Assembly (NCBI GenBank): GCA_044440025.1
Contig: JBITAF010000033.1
Coordinates: 702 to 64,701, forward strand
Origin: Phycisphaerales bacterium JB060
Lineage (GTDB): Bacteria; Planctomycetota; Phycisphaerae; Phycisphaerales; UBA1924
Length of the DNA: 64,000 nucleotides
Direction of reading: 5' to 3'
The notes beneath the pieces are model-generated. The model saw nothing but the letters and a program-made list of their open reading frames with translations, was not told the DNA's origin and searched no databases. The position numbers and the translations under genes were made by a program. Each line of letters begins with the position of its first letter. The stretch's first letter is position 1. Positions 31,539-41,375 of this stretch are shown piece by piece.

Positions 31539-32210
31539 GTGGCCCTGCCCGCTCGGAAGCTCGTGCCGATCTGGGCGTGGGTGCTGGCGATCGCCGCGGC
31601 AGTTGCATGGGCGGTGGGTGTTCCCATAGCCGTTGCACTCCTGCAAGACTATTCGTACTGGAGCCGCACGAGGTCGGCCGAGCCGGCGGCCATGCCGTCC
31701 TGGCTGGTGGGCCGCAACGCGCACACGCCGACGTCCGCTGAGTATGCGTTGCCCGGTTCGCTCGTGCGAAGGTACGAGCGGCAGGCCACCACGACCTGGC
31801 GCAACGGCGAGTATGAAATGTTCTACGAAGAGGTCCAGTTCGGCTGGCCCTTCAAGTCGCTGATGGTCGGCAGCGTCGGTGCGCGGCACGTGTCGGGCAC
31901 ACCGCCGGCGACCGAACTCGAGTTCGTGACGGTCCTCGATGGTCGCGTTGGCTGGCGCAAGGGTCTCGTCCTTGGTCGTGGCTCAGGGGGCTCGCCGAAG
32001 GTCATCCCGCTCGCCCCGAAGTGGGGCTTGCTTGCCAACGTGCTCGTGGTCTGCGCTCCGATCTTGCTGGTTGTCGCCGGTTGGCGGTGGATGACCGCGA
32101 AGCGGCGGCTTTCTGCCGGGCAATGCCCGAGTTGCGGCTACGAGGGCGTGGCATCCACCGGCTCATGCTCAGAGTGCGGATGGGGCGTAGCCGCCAGCCC
32201 CGCCCAATGA
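31539..32210 (+). CDS. Membrane protein with a C-terminal zinc ribbon
   Basis: Two TM segments and a C-terminal CPSCGYEG...CSECGW. GTG start. Confidence 0.55.
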   Translation: MALPARKLVPIWAWVLAIAAAVAWAVGVPIAVALLQDYSYWSRTRSAEPAAMPSWLVGRNAHTPTSAEYALPGSLVRRYERQATTTWRNGEYEMFYEEVQFGWPFKSLMVGSVGARHVSGTPPATELEFVTVLDGRVGWRKGLVLGRGSGGSPKVIPLAPKWGLLANVLVVCAPILLVVAGWRWMTAKRRLSAGQCPSCGYEGVASTGSCSECGWGVAASPAQ

Positions 32211-32236
32211 AAACGCCCGCTTCTCAGCGGGCGTTT
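32211..32236. terminator. Bidirectional rho-independent terminator
   Basis: Perfect 10-bp stem AAACGCCCGC / TTCTCA / GCGGGCGTTT. T-rich on the minus strand after the tRNA (TTTTCATT). Confidence 0.7.
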
Positions 32237-32240
32237 CAAG

Positions 32241-32330
32241 CGGAGCGGGAGGGATTCGAACCCTCGGTACCGGTAAAACCAGTACACCGGATTAGCAATC
32301 CGGCCCCTTCAGCCTCTCGGGCACCACTCC
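32241..32330 (-). tRNA. tRNA-Ser (anticodon GCU), type II with a long variable arm; CCA not encoded
   Basis: Manual fold: acceptor GGAGTGG/CCGCTCC (one G-U pair), anticodon stem CCGGA/TCCGG with loop TTGCTAA, variable arm GTACTGG-TTTTA-CCGGTAC, T arm GAGGG-TTCGAAT-CCCTC, discriminator G. Confidence 0.9.
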
Positions 32331-32371
32331 GTGTGGCCGGGACATCGGCGTCCCGACGGGCCCGCATGGTA

Positions 32372-32986
32372 TCAGCCAGCCGGGGCCGCGTCATGCTTCC
32401 CAGTCGGATCGCTTTTGGCCACCTCTTGAGACAACCCCACGGCGGCCAGTTGCTGGCGGTACAGCCCCAGCGTGTCGTCGTCGAAGGCGCACAGGATGAT
32501 CCGCCCCAGGTGCGGGAGGGGGTCGGGCTGCTCGTCCGTGGGGGCGATGGCCCGTGCCAGCGTCCGCACGGCGATGATCGCCGCGTACTCGGCCGGGAAG
32601 CCGAACGTGCCGGTCGAGATGGCCGGGAAGGCGATCGAGGGGATCTTGCCCTTGCGGCAGAGCTCCAGGCAGGCCTGATAACACGCTGCCAGTGTGTCGT
32701 CCTCGCCGCTACGGCCGTTGACCCAGACCGGGCCCACGGTGTGGATCACGCAGCGGGCGGGCAACTCGAAGGCACGGGTCACCACGGCGTGCCCGGGCAG
32801 GCACCGCACGCCGGGGCGGATCTCGGGCAGGTCCAGGCAGGCGTCCTCGAGCCGGGGGCCGGCGGCCCGGTGGATGGCCCCGCATACCCCGCCACCGGGG
32901 GCCAGCATCTCGTTGGCCGCGTTGACGATCGCGTCGACGCGGAGCGTCGTGATGTCGTCTTGGATGGCCTCGATCACCGGCGCCAT
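32372..32986 (-). CDS. Macro domain protein (O-acetyl-ADP-ribose deacetylase, YmdB-like)
   Basis: DITTLRVDAIVNAANEMLAPGGGVCGAIHRAAGP and VIHTVGPVW. Start at the internal ATG (CAT 32984-32986), preceded by GGAG. Confidence 0.9.
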   Translation of the reverse strand: MAPVIEAIQDDITTLRVDAIVNAANEMLAPGGGVCGAIHRAAGPRLEDACLDLPEIRPGVRCLPGHAVVTRAFELPARCVIHTVGPVWVNGRSGEDDTLAACYQACLELCRKGKIPSIAFPAISTGTFGFPAEYAAIIAVRTLARAIAPTDEQPDPLPHLGRIILCAFDDDTLGLYRQQLAAVGLSQEVAKSDPTGKHDAAPAG

Positions 32987-33023
32987 AGGCTGCTCCGTCC
33001 CCTTTCGAGTGTGCACGAAAAGC

Positions 33024-33713
33024 CTAGCGCTTGAAGAGCACCGCGTTGCCCGTGTCCAGCACCGCGATCGGCACGCCGTGCCGATCGGCGAACGCGTCCA
33101 CGGCTCGTTTGCACCCGGGAAAGTCCCCGTTGGGCCATGGCCCGTAGTCGTCGACCACCAGCACCCCACCCGACGACAGCCTGGGGTAGAAGTACGCAAG
33201 CGAGTCCATCGTTGGGTCGTGCAGATCGACATCCACGTGCACGAAGCGATACGCCTGCTCGGGAAGCTCGTCGAAGGCGTCCGGGATCCAGCCCTTGATG
33301 AATGTGACGCCGGGGAAGTCCGACAGCGTCCGCCGGGCGAGTTCCAGTGATGTGTCGGCAAATCGGCCGGCGTACTCGTGCCGCTCGTCGGCCTCGGTGG
33401 GTTCGCCCAGGCCCTCGAACGAATCGATGGCGATGTGGCCGGTGCCGTCGAACTGGGGGTTCTCGGCCCGCATCATCTCGCAGAGCACGTACGACGCCAG
33501 CCCGCGGTACACGCCCGCCTCGGCGGTCACGCCCGGCACGCCGCGGGTGAGCGCGAACATCTGGGCCAGGTGGTAGAAGCGCGGCCGGCGCCAGGCGTTG
33601 TCGCGCATGCCCGTGCGGGCGAGCCCGGCCTCGTAGCGGCGGGTGAACGCTCCGTCGGCGTCGATAATCCGGGGCTGCACGGGCTCATCGATGCTGATCG
33701 CGGGGGCATGCAT
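33024..33713 (-). CDS. Class I SAM-dependent methyltransferase (TylF/MycF-like)
   Basis: GVTAEAGVYRG, IAIDSFEG, HVDVDL and GGVLVVDDY fit the macrocin-O-methyltransferase-like fold pattern. Confidence 0.75.
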   Translation of the reverse strand: MHAPAISIDEPVQPRIIDADGAFTRRYEAGLARTGMRDNAWRRPRFYHLAQMFALTRGVPGVTAEAGVYRGLASYVLCEMMRAENPQFDGTGHIAIDSFEGLGEPTEADERHEYAGRFADTSLELARRTLSDFPGVTFIKGWIPDAFDELPEQAYRFVHVDVDLHDPTMDSLAYFYPRLSSGGVLVVDDYGPWPNGDFPGCKRAVDAFADRHGVPIAVLDTGNAVLFKR

Positions 33714-33761
33714 GCCAAGAGCATCGACGGCTAGGCGCGGCGGCCTTGAGCCAAACCATCC

Positions 33762-35810
33762 TCATCCGTCCTCGTTGTCTTCCTGGGCTTGGCCGGTTTC
33801 CTGCGTTTGGCCATCGGCCATCCAGCGGTTGTTGTCGGGCTCGACGTCGGGCAGCAGGCCCTGCGGATCGACGATGGCCCGGCGCAGGGTGCGACCGTCC
33901 AGGGTCACCTCGAAGCTGCGCTCGCGCGTGGTCGCCCAGGTCTGAACGGGGTAGAACCGCCGATCGAACGAGCCGTCGTCGAACTGCACGATGACCTCGG
34001 CGGGCATCACCATCTCGCCCAGCGACCGCACGGTGATCGTCGCGGTGGGCACGTAGGGCTCGCCGCCCTCACCCTCGGTTTCGGTTGCCTCGGTTGCCTC
34101 GGGCGCCTCGCTGAAGGATACCTCGATGGCCTGGTCCAGCGTGCCGTCCTCAATGAACCACTGGCGGAAGAACCAGGCAAGGTCGGCCCCCGCCGCGTCT
34201 TCCATGGTGCGGTAGAAGTCCGCCGGCCGGGGGCTCTTGAAGGCCCATCGGCGGACGTACTCGCGGAAGGCGTAGTCGAAGCGCTCGGGCCCCAGCACGA
34301 CCTCGCGCAGCAGGTGCAGGCCCATGGCGGGCTTGCGGTACTGCAGGCGGCCGCGCAGGCCGGGCAGGTTGCGATCGGGGAAGACGTCGATGGGCTGGCT
34401 GCGGCCGCGCGCGAGCTGCAGGGTCTGCCGCCGCGCCCGGCCGGGGTCGAGCTCGCGCCCGCGGAACTCGGCCAGCGAGTGCATGTTGATGAAGGTGTTG
34501 AAGCCCTCGTCCATCCAGGCGTGCCGCCGCTCGTCGGTGTTCACGATCATCGGGAACCACGTGTGCCCCACCTCGTGGTCGGTCACGCCCAGCGGCCCGC
34601 GGCCCGTGCGCCCGCCGCAGAAGATGATCATCGGGTACTCCATCCCGCCCTCGGGCCCGTTGACGTTGGTCATGAGCGGGTAGGGGTACGGATAAAGGAA
34701 GTCGCTGTAGAACTCCACGCTGTGGGCGACATACTGCGTGCTGCCGCCCAGTTCGGCCTCGGGCTTCCAGGCGTCGGCCTCGGTGGGGTAGAGCGACTGG
34801 CACAGGACGGTCTTGTCCTTGCCGTTCAGATCCTTGATGGTCACGCCGCACGCGTCCCAGATGAACGCGTCGCTGGCGGCCCACGCGAACGTGCGGATGT
34901 TCTCGCCGCGGAACCGCCACGTCAGCGGGCCGTCGCCCTTGGGACGTGACGCGGGATCGCCGACCTCCTCGGCCGTGCGGATCATCACCGTGTCTCGGCT
35001 GCCCTTGGCCTCTTCGAGCCGTCGTCGTTGCGTGGGTGTCAGCACCTCGCGCGGGTTCTGCAGCACGCCCGAGCCGGCCACCAGGTAGCTCCGCGGCACG
35101 GTGATGCTGACCTCGTAATCCCCGAAGTTCGTGTAGAACTCGCCGTTGCCCGCGTAGGGCAGCGTGTTCCAGCCATACACGTCGTCGTAGTTGCAGACGT
35201 GGGGGAACCACTGGGCGTACTCGAAGATCCGGCCCTGCTCCACGTCCTCGGCCCCCAGGCGGCGCAGGTAGGGCGGCATGTCGAAGGCGAACTCGAGCTC
35301 GAACACGAACCGGCCGCCGGGTTGGATGGGCCGGGGCAGCTCCACCCGGCACAGCGTGTCGTAGATGTGGAACTCCAGATCCCTGCCGCCCGAGCGGATG
35401 TGGGGGATGTCGTACCCGCCGTTGAACGGCTCGTCCATCTGCCGCATCGCCCCGCCGCGCGTGCGGCTGCGGGTGCCGATGCTGTCCTGCCGGAACAGGT
35501 TCTGCTCGAGCTGGAGCCAGATGAAGGTCAGCTCGTCGGGCGAGTTGTTGTGGTATGTGGCCTTGAGGGTCGCGCTCAGCCGCTGGCTCTCGGCGTCCAG
35601 CGTGGCGTCGATCTCGTAGTCCACCCGCTGCTGCCAGTACTGCGGCCCGGGCGCCCCCGAGCCCAGGCGGAAGGCGTTGGGCGTGGGCAGGTCGAGCGGG
35701 GCGAAGGCCTCGTAGGGGCGTTCCTCACCCGCCTGATTGCCCGTTTGGTTACCCGTCTGGGCGATGGCAGGGGCGGTCAGCACGAGCAGACAAGCAAGCA
35801 GTGTTCGCAT
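33762..35810 (-). CDS. Secreted M1 family metallopeptidase
   Basis: HEVGHTWF...WMDEGF (the HExxH+E zinc site). Signal peptide MRTLLACLLVLTAPAIAQ followed by TGNQTGNQ. GGAG RBS before ATG 35810. Confidence 0.9.
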   Translation of the reverse strand: MRTLLACLLVLTAPAIAQTGNQTGNQAGEERPYEAFAPLDLPTPNAFRLGSGAPGPQYWQQRVDYEIDATLDAESQRLSATLKATYHNNSPDELTFIWLQLEQNLFRQDSIGTRSRTRGGAMRQMDEPFNGGYDIPHIRSGGRDLEFHIYDTLCRVELPRPIQPGGRFVFELEFAFDMPPYLRRLGAEDVEQGRIFEYAQWFPHVCNYDDVYGWNTLPYAGNGEFYTNFGDYEVSITVPRSYLVAGSGVLQNPREVLTPTQRRRLEEAKGSRDTVMIRTAEEVGDPASRPKGDGPLTWRFRGENIRTFAWAASDAFIWDACGVTIKDLNGKDKTVLCQSLYPTEADAWKPEAELGGSTQYVAHSVEFYSDFLYPYPYPLMTNVNGPEGGMEYPMIIFCGGRTGRGPLGVTDHEVGHTWFPMIVNTDERRHAWMDEGFNTFINMHSLAEFRGRELDPGRARRQTLQLARGRSQPIDVFPDRNLPGLRGRLQYRKPAMGLHLLREVVLGPERFDYAFREYVRRWAFKSPRPADFYRTMEDAAGADLAWFFRQWFIEDGTLDQAIEVSFSEAPEATEATETEGEGGEPYVPTATITVRSLGEMVMPAEVIVQFDDGSFDRRFYPVQTWATTRERSFEVTLDGRTLRRAIVDPQGLLPDVEPDNNRWMADGQTQETGQAQEDNEDG

Positions 35811-35934
35811 GGATATCTCCGAAAGGGGCTCAGGAGCATGGTACCCGTTCGGGCCGATCGGCTCGGCACGCGGGCTTGGCACGCCGGATACCATCCCCTT
35901 CGCCCCCGATCGACCCGCGACGAGGACCCCGCCC

Positions 35935-37008
35935 ATGCCCGCCACCGCCATGACCGAGATCGAGCACCCCGCCCTGCTCAAGCCCCAGCCATTCCCCGAC
36001 TTTGCGGATTGGCAGGAGCCCGCGCGCGAGGGCGAACGCGAGATCCCCTTCCGCGAGGCCCTCCGCGAGGCCATGAACTTCGCCATGCGCGAGGACGAGC
36101 GCGTCTTCCTGCTGGGCGAGGAGGTCGCCGAGTACAACGGGGCCTACAAGGTCAGCCAGGGCATGCTCGACGAGTTCGGGCCCAAGCGCATCATCGACAC
36201 CCCCATCAGCGAGAACGGCTTCGCGGGCATGGCCATCGCCGCCGCCATGGGCGGCCTGCGCCCCATCGTCGAGTTCATGAGCTGGTCGTTCAGCCTCGTC
36301 GCTGCCGACCAGATCCTCAACAACGCCCCCAAGATGCTGTACATGTCCGGCGGGCAGTGGGGCTGCCCCATCGTCTTCCGCGGCAACGACGGCGCGGGCG
36401 GCCAGCTCGGCAGCACCCATAGCTGGTGCGTCGAGGGCCTCTACAGCAACGTCCCGGGCGTCAAGATCGTGATCCCCTCCAATGGCCTGGACGCCAAGGG
36501 CCTGCTGCGAACCTCCATCGCCGACCCCGACCCGGTCTTCTTCCTCGAGAGCGAGCGCATGCTGGGCGACACCATGCACGTGCCCGAGGAGGACTACTTC
36601 ATCCCCTTCGGCAAGGCCCGGCTGGCTCGCGAGGGCGACGCCTGCACGATCGTCAGCTTCGGCCGCCCGGTCAACTTCTGCCTGGAGGCCGCCGACAAGC
36701 TGGCCGAGGACGGCATCGAGGTCGACGTGCTGGACATGCGGACCATCCGCCCGCTGGATATTGACGCGGTCATCGAGAGCGTGAAGAAGACCAACCGCGT
36801 GGTCGTCGTCGACCAGAGCTGGCCCTTTGCCGGCGTCTCCAGCGAGGTCATCACCCAGATCATCGAGCACGCCTTCGACTGGCTCGACCACCAGCCGGTC
36901 CGCGTGAACACGGCCGACGTGCCCACGCCGTACGCGAAGAACCTGGAGGCGGAGTACCTGCCCAATGCCAATCGCATCGTGGAAGCGGTGAAGGGTGTGG
37001 TGCGGTGA
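35935..37008 (+). CDS. pdhB: Pyruvate dehydrogenase E1 component beta subunit
   Basis: FLLGEEVAEYNGAYKVSQG, IDTPISENGFAGMAIGAA-like and GSTHSW blocks. Start at ATG 35935 or ATG 35950. Confidence 0.9.
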   Translation: MPATAMTEIEHPALLKPQPFPDFADWQEPAREGEREIPFREALREAMNFAMREDERVFLLGEEVAEYNGAYKVSQGMLDEFGPKRIIDTPISENGFAGMAIAAAMGGLRPIVEFMSWSFSLVAADQILNNAPKMLYMSGGQWGCPIVFRGNDGAGGQLGSTHSWCVEGLYSNVPGVKIVIPSNGLDAKGLLRTSIADPDPVFFLESERMLGDTMHVPEEDYFIPFGKARLAREGDACTIVSFGRPVNFCLEAADKLAEDGIEVDVLDMRTIRPLDIDAVIESVKKTNRVVVVDQSWPFAGVSSEVITQIIEHAFDWLDHQPVRVNTADVPTPYAKNLEAEYLPNANRIVEAVKGVVR

Positions 37009-37490
37009 GGCCCGTTGATCGGGATATTCCGGTCGACCGCGACGCTCGGCGCCGTCTGGCGTTCGCAGTGCGCCGCCTCTTGGCGGGTATCAGCACTAAT
37101 TATGAGTTTGATGATACGTGGTGCGAGTTGGAGTCGTTCGATCCAGCGATTCATTCGGTGTATTACGAGGGTCTTTGGACCCTGTACAGCGACCGGCACG
37201 AGCACCGACTGATCGGCAGACATGCGCCGAGTCGTGAGACTCGCGAAGCCTGCGCACGATTACTGCTCTTCTTGTACACCGACCAGCCTTACGAGTGGCC
37301 AGCCTCATCCATCTTGGACGGATGCCTGCTTTCGGTCTTGACGCTGGGCTGGAGCGCCCGCCGGACTGCTGAGAGGAAGCGTCGCGAAGCCGAGCTTGCC
37401 GGATTTGATCTGAGCGTCTGGCCCTTCCGCGACCGGGCCGCACTTACACTTGCCCAATCGAACCCCACACTGCTCAACGGGGCAGCCTGA
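37005..37490 (+). CDS. Hypothetical protein inserted between PDH E1-beta and E2
   Basis: 161 aa. The GTG start overlaps the pdhB stop (GTGA). The segment is visibly lower in GC. No motif recognised. Confidence 0.5.
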   Translation: MRPVDRDIPVDRDARRRLAFAVRRLLAGISTNYEFDDTWCELESFDPAIHSVYYEGLWTLYSDRHEHRLIGRHAPSRETREACARLLLFLYTDQPYEWPASSILDGCLLSVLTLGWSARRTAERKRREAELAGFDLSVWPFRDRAALTLAQSNPTLLNGAA

Positions 37491-37506
37491 CCTCGGAGAC
37501 CTCGCA

Positions 37507-38889
37507 ATGGCGATCACTGTCACGATGCCGCGACTTTCGGACACCATGGAAGTGGGCACCGTGGTGCAGTGGCACGTCAAGGAAGGCGACACCGTCTCCC
37601 CCGGCGATGTCCTGGCCGACATCGAGACCGATAAGGCCACCATGGAGCTCGAGGCCTTCGACGAGGGCACCGTCGCCAAGCTGGCCGCCAAGCAGGGCGA
37701 CGCGGTGAACGTGGGCGACCCGATCGTGATCCTGGCCGAAGAGGGTGAAGACGTAGCCGAGGCCGCCAAGGGTGGGGGTGCTGCCAAGGCCGAGTCGAAG
37801 AGCGAAGGCAAGGCCGAAGCAAAGAGCGAGAGCAAGTCAGAGTCCGCGTCGAAGACCGAGTCCAAGAGCAAGCAGGCCGAGGCCGCTGATTCGGGCAGGT
37901 CTTCCGCGTCGACCGCCACCGCAACCGCCCCGGCGTCCAACGGCAGCGCCAACGGTGCGGCCTCGGGCGGCGACGGCGGACGCATCTTCGCCAGCCCCCT
38001 GGCCAAGAAGATCGCCGGCGAGCACAACGTCGACCTGGCGGGCATCGACGGCACCGGCCCCAGCGGCCGCATCGTCAAGAAGGACGTCGAGCAGGCCCTC
38101 GAATCCGGCGGCGCTCGTTCGCAGCCCTCGCGCTCCGCGCCCGCCCAGCCCGAGCTGCCGCCCATCGGCGCGGCCCTGGAAGACAACACCGTCACGCTCA
38201 GCAACATGCGCGGCACCATCGCCAAGCGCCTGGTGCAGAGCAAGCAGTCGATCCCGCACTACCAGGTCACCGTCGAGGTCGACATGGACGCCCTGCTGGA
38301 CCTGCGCGAGCAGCTCAACGAGCAGCTCCAGGCCCAGGGCGTCAAGCTCACGGTCAACGACTTCCTGGTTCGCGCCTGCGCCCTGGCGATGCACCAGCAC
38401 CCGTTCGTGAACTCGTCCTGGGACGACTCGGGCAAGCAGGCCGCCATCCGCCAGCACGGCAGCGTCAACATCGGCGTGGCCGTCGCCCTGCCCGAAGAGC
38501 GCGGCGGCGGGCTGGTCGTCCCCGTCCTCCAGGGCACCGACCGCATGGGCCTGCGCACCATCTCCAGCGAGACGCGGCGCCTCGCCAAGAAGGCCCGCGA
38601 GAAGGGCCTGAGCGTCGAGGACATGGAAGGCTCGACCTTCACCATCAGCAACCTGGGCATGTTCGGCGTGTCGCACTTCACCGCCATCATCAACCCGCCC
38701 AACGCCTGCATCCTGGCCGTCGGCGCCGCGAGCGAGATCCCGGTCGTCCGCGACGGCCAGCTCATGATCGGCAGCGTCATGAGCATGACCATGTCCAGCG
38801 ACCACCGCATCGTCGACGGCGCCATGGCCGCGCAATACCTCAACACCGTCAAGGGCATGCTCGAGGCGCCCGCGACGCTGCTGGTCTAA
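37507..38889 (+). CDS. pdhC: Dihydrolipoamide acetyltransferase (PDH E2)
   Basis: Lipoyl domain with [13 protein letters not shown], an E3-binding domain ([12 protein letters not shown]), and a catalytic domain with [10 protein letters not shown]. Confidence 0.9.
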   Translation: MAITVTMPRLSDTMEVGTVVQWHVKEGDTVSPGDVLADIETDKATMELEAFDEGTVAKLAAKQGDAVNVGDPIVILAEEGEDVAEAAKGGGAAKAESKSEGKAEAKSESKSESASKTESKSKQAEAADSGRSSASTATATAPASNGSANGAASGGDGGRIFASPLAKKIAGEHNVDLAGIDGTGPSGRIVKKDVEQALESGGARSQPSRSAPAQPELPPIGAALEDNTVTLSNMRGTIAKRLVQSKQSIPHYQVTVEVDMDALLDLREQLNEQLQAQGVKLTVNDFLVRACALAMHQHPFVNSSWDDSGKQAAIRQHGSVNIGVAVALPEERGGGLVVPVLQGTDRMGLRTISSETRRLAKKAREKGLSVEDMEGSTFTISNLGMFGVSHFTAIINPPNACILAVGAASEIPVVRDGQLMIGSVMSMTMSSDHRIVDGAMAAQYLNTVKGMLEAPATLLV

Positions 38890-38898
38890 GCCCCCCGC

Positions 38899-39429
38899 GT
38901 GCACGCGCCGGCGGTCACCATCCGTGCCGAGCGAGCCGAGGACGTGGACGCCATCGACCGCGTCCTGCGCGCCGCCTTCCCGACCGCCGACGAAGCCGAG
39001 TTGGTCAGGCAATTGCGCACCGACGGCGACCTGCGCGTCTCGCTCGTCGCAGAGCTCGATGGCGCCGTCGTCGGCTGCGTCGCGATCAGCCCGGTGACCA
39101 TCGACGGCGAATCGTGCGAGGGCGTGGGCCTCGCGCCCGTCGCGGTGCTGCCGAGCCATCAAGGCCGCGGCATCGGCGCCACGCTCGTCGCCGCCGCCCT
39201 GGCGGCGTGCTGGGGCGCCGCCTTCTGCGTCGTGCTGGGCGAGCCGGCCTACTACCGCCGCTTCGGCTTCCGGCGCGCCGCGAAGTTCGGCCTCTCGAGC
39301 ATCTACAACGCCGGCGACGCATTCATGGCCCTGGCGCTGCCGCATGGGGCGTTGCCGGAGGGCGGGGGCGTGGTCCGATACGCACGAGCATTCGACGCCC
39401 TCGGCGAAGGAAGTGTAAGCAGCCGCTAG
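38899..39429 (+). CDS. GNAT family N-acetyltransferase
   Basis: Acetyl-CoA motif VLPSHQGRGIGATLV. GTG start. Confidence 0.8.
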   Translation: MHAPAVTIRAERAEDVDAIDRVLRAAFPTADEAELVRQLRTDGDLRVSLVAELDGAVVGCVAISPVTIDGESCEGVGLAPVAVLPSHQGRGIGATLVAAALAACWGAAFCVVLGEPAYYRRFGFRRAAKFGLSSIYNAGDAFMALALPHGALPEGGGVVRYARAFDALGEGSVSSR

Positions 39430-39450
39430 CTTTTCCCACTACACTCCCAG

Positions 39451-40368
39451 ATGCCAGCCGCCCCGGGAGGCCCCATGACCGACTCTGACCCCACGCCATC
39501 CAAGCCCGCCAAGCCCCGCAAGTGGCGCCGCCGCCTGCGCCGCGGTGTGCTGGGCCTGCTGGCGGTCGTGGGCCTGTTCGCCCTGGCCTCGTGCATCCAC
39601 CTGGACCGCGCCAACCCCGCCTACCCCGCCACCAACGCCGAGGTCGACGACGCCATCGAGGCCATGAAAGACGACCCCGTGGGCCTGGACCGCCCCGTGG
39701 TCGTCCTCAGCGGCTGGCGCAGCCCCAGCCTCACCGGCCGCTCGCTGGCCGGTCGCATCAGGAAGGTCACCGGGGCCGGCGAGGGCCGGGTCACGTCCAT
39801 CTCGTACACCTGGCAGGCCGGCATCCCCGAGATCGCCGCCACCGTCGCCCAGAAGGTCGCCGACGAGTACGGCACCACGACCGACCCGGCCACCGGCCAG
39901 CGGTGGACCACCGAGGTCGACGTCGTGGCCATCTCCATGGGCGGGCTGGTGGCTCGCACGGCCTGGGCCGAGCCGGCGGCCGTCGGCCGCGACCCCGGCG
40001 TGCGGCTGAACATCAAGACCCTCTACACCCTGGGCAGCCCCCACCGCGGGGCGAAGCTGGCCACGTGGATCCGCCTGGATGAATCCGCCCGCCAGATGAA
40101 GCCCGGCAGCGACTTCCTGGCCGACCTGGACGCGGCCACCCTGGGCGGGGCCCACGACCTCCGCATTGTCCCCTACGCCACCCTGCGCGACTCGTGGGTG
40201 GGCGCCACCAACGCGGCCCCCCACGGCCAGGAGCCCATCTGGGTGCCCGGCCGCATCGTCCTGAGCCACCACCTGATCTCCCTGGACGACCGCATCCTGG
40301 CCGACCTGGGCCGCCGATTGCGGGGGGAGGCGCCACTGGCCGAACCGTCCGCTCCGCCAAGGGATTAG
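39451..40368 (+). CDS. Alpha/beta hydrolase (lipase/PGAP1-like)
   Basis: N-terminal TM/signal region and the nucleophile elbow VVAISMGGLV (GxSxG-type). Confidence 0.7.
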   Translation: MPAAPGGPMTDSDPTPSKPAKPRKWRRRLRRGVLGLLAVVGLFALASCIHLDRANPAYPATNAEVDDAIEAMKDDPVGLDRPVVVLSGWRSPSLTGRSLAGRIRKVTGAGEGRVTSISYTWQAGIPEIAATVAQKVADEYGTTTDPATGQRWTTEVDVVAISMGGLVARTAWAEPAAVGRDPGVRLNIKTLYTLGSPHRGAKLATWIRLDESARQMKPGSDFLADLDAATLGGAHDLRIVPYATLRDSWVGATNAAPHGQEPIWVPGRIVLSHHLISLDDRILADLGRRLRGEAPLAEPSAPPRD

Positions 40369-40409
40369 AACCCCGAGTTGGCGTGCAAACTCGCGACCTC
40401 TAAGGTTCG

Positions 40410-41363
40410 ATGACCGGAAACTGGGAGCACGCCATGGCAAATAAGTCCGCGAACTGGCCCGACATCACCATCGGCACTTGGGCCGAAACCGCCAAGGCAG
40501 TGCACCTCTACAGCCAGGTGCTTGGCAAGGTCCGCCTGGTTACCACGCCGTGGACCAACCACTCGTGGCACGTGCCGCTCTACGTAAATGCTCGCGGCCT
40601 GACCACCTCGTTGATGTTCCACCGGGGTGTGGCCTTCGAGATGCGGCTCGATCTGGTGACGCACGAGGCCGTGATCGAATCGACGAGCGGGCAGGTGCGC
40701 CGTGTCGAACTCGCACCGTCATCGGTCGCCGGTTTCTATCGCTCGGTAATGGACGAGTTGCACGCCATCGGCGTCGACGTGCGCATCCACACAACACCCA
40801 GCGAGATCGCCGACGCCGTTCCGTTCGAGCGGGATGATCGACCGCGCCCGTACGACCGCGACGCCGTCACACGCTTCTGGCACGCGCTGGTCTGCATGCA
40901 ACAGGTCTTCCAGGACTTCCGGTCCGACTTTCGCGGCAAGTGCAGCCCGGTGCACTTCTTCTGGGGCAGCTTCGATCTGGCCGTCACGCGGTTCTCTGGC
41001 CGCACCGCACCGCCACACCCAGGCGGCGTGCCCAACTTCCCCGACTGGGCGGCGCGCGAGGCATATTCCCACGAGGTCAGCAGCGCGGGCTTCTGGCCCG
41101 GCGGGGATGGAACCGACGCGATCTTCTACTCATACGCCTACCCAAAACCCGACGGCTTCGAGAACGCCGCCGTCGAGCCCAATGCGTCGACCTGGTCCGA
41201 TGCGCTGGGCGAGTTCGTCCTGCCCTACGACGCCGTGCGAGCCTCGGACAAGCCCGATGCGGCCCTCAAGGGCTTCCTGGAATCGACCTATCGGGCCGCC
41301 GCCGATGCCGCCGGATGGGATCGTGAAGCGCTGGAGTGTAATCTTCCCGCCGACGCCCGCTGA
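40410..41363 (+). CDS. DUF5996 family protein
   Basis: Recalled family signature LGKVRLVTTPWTNHSWHVPLYVNARGLTTS. ATG 40434 is an alternative start. Confidence 0.75.
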   Translation: MTGNWEHAMANKSANWPDITIGTWAETAKAVHLYSQVLGKVRLVTTPWTNHSWHVPLYVNARGLTTSLMFHRGVAFEMRLDLVTHEAVIESTSGQVRRVELAPSSVAGFYRSVMDELHAIGVDVRIHTTPSEIADAVPFERDDRPRPYDRDAVTRFWHALVCMQQVFQDFRSDFRGKCSPVHFFWGSFDLAVTRFSGRTAPPHPGGVPNFPDWAAREAYSHEVSSAGFWPGGDGTDAIFYSYAYPKPDGFENAAVEPNASTWSDALGEFVLPYDAVRASDKPDAALKGFLESTYRAAADAAGWDREALECNLPADAR

Positions 41364-41375
41364 CACGGGCCGGGC

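Noticed and set aside
32211-33713. tRNA-Ser as the attachment site of an integrated element (macro-domain and methyltransferase genes next to it)
   Set aside because: There is no integrase, no duplicated tRNA 3' fragment and no obvious direct repeat nearby. The neighbouring genes have ordinary composition.
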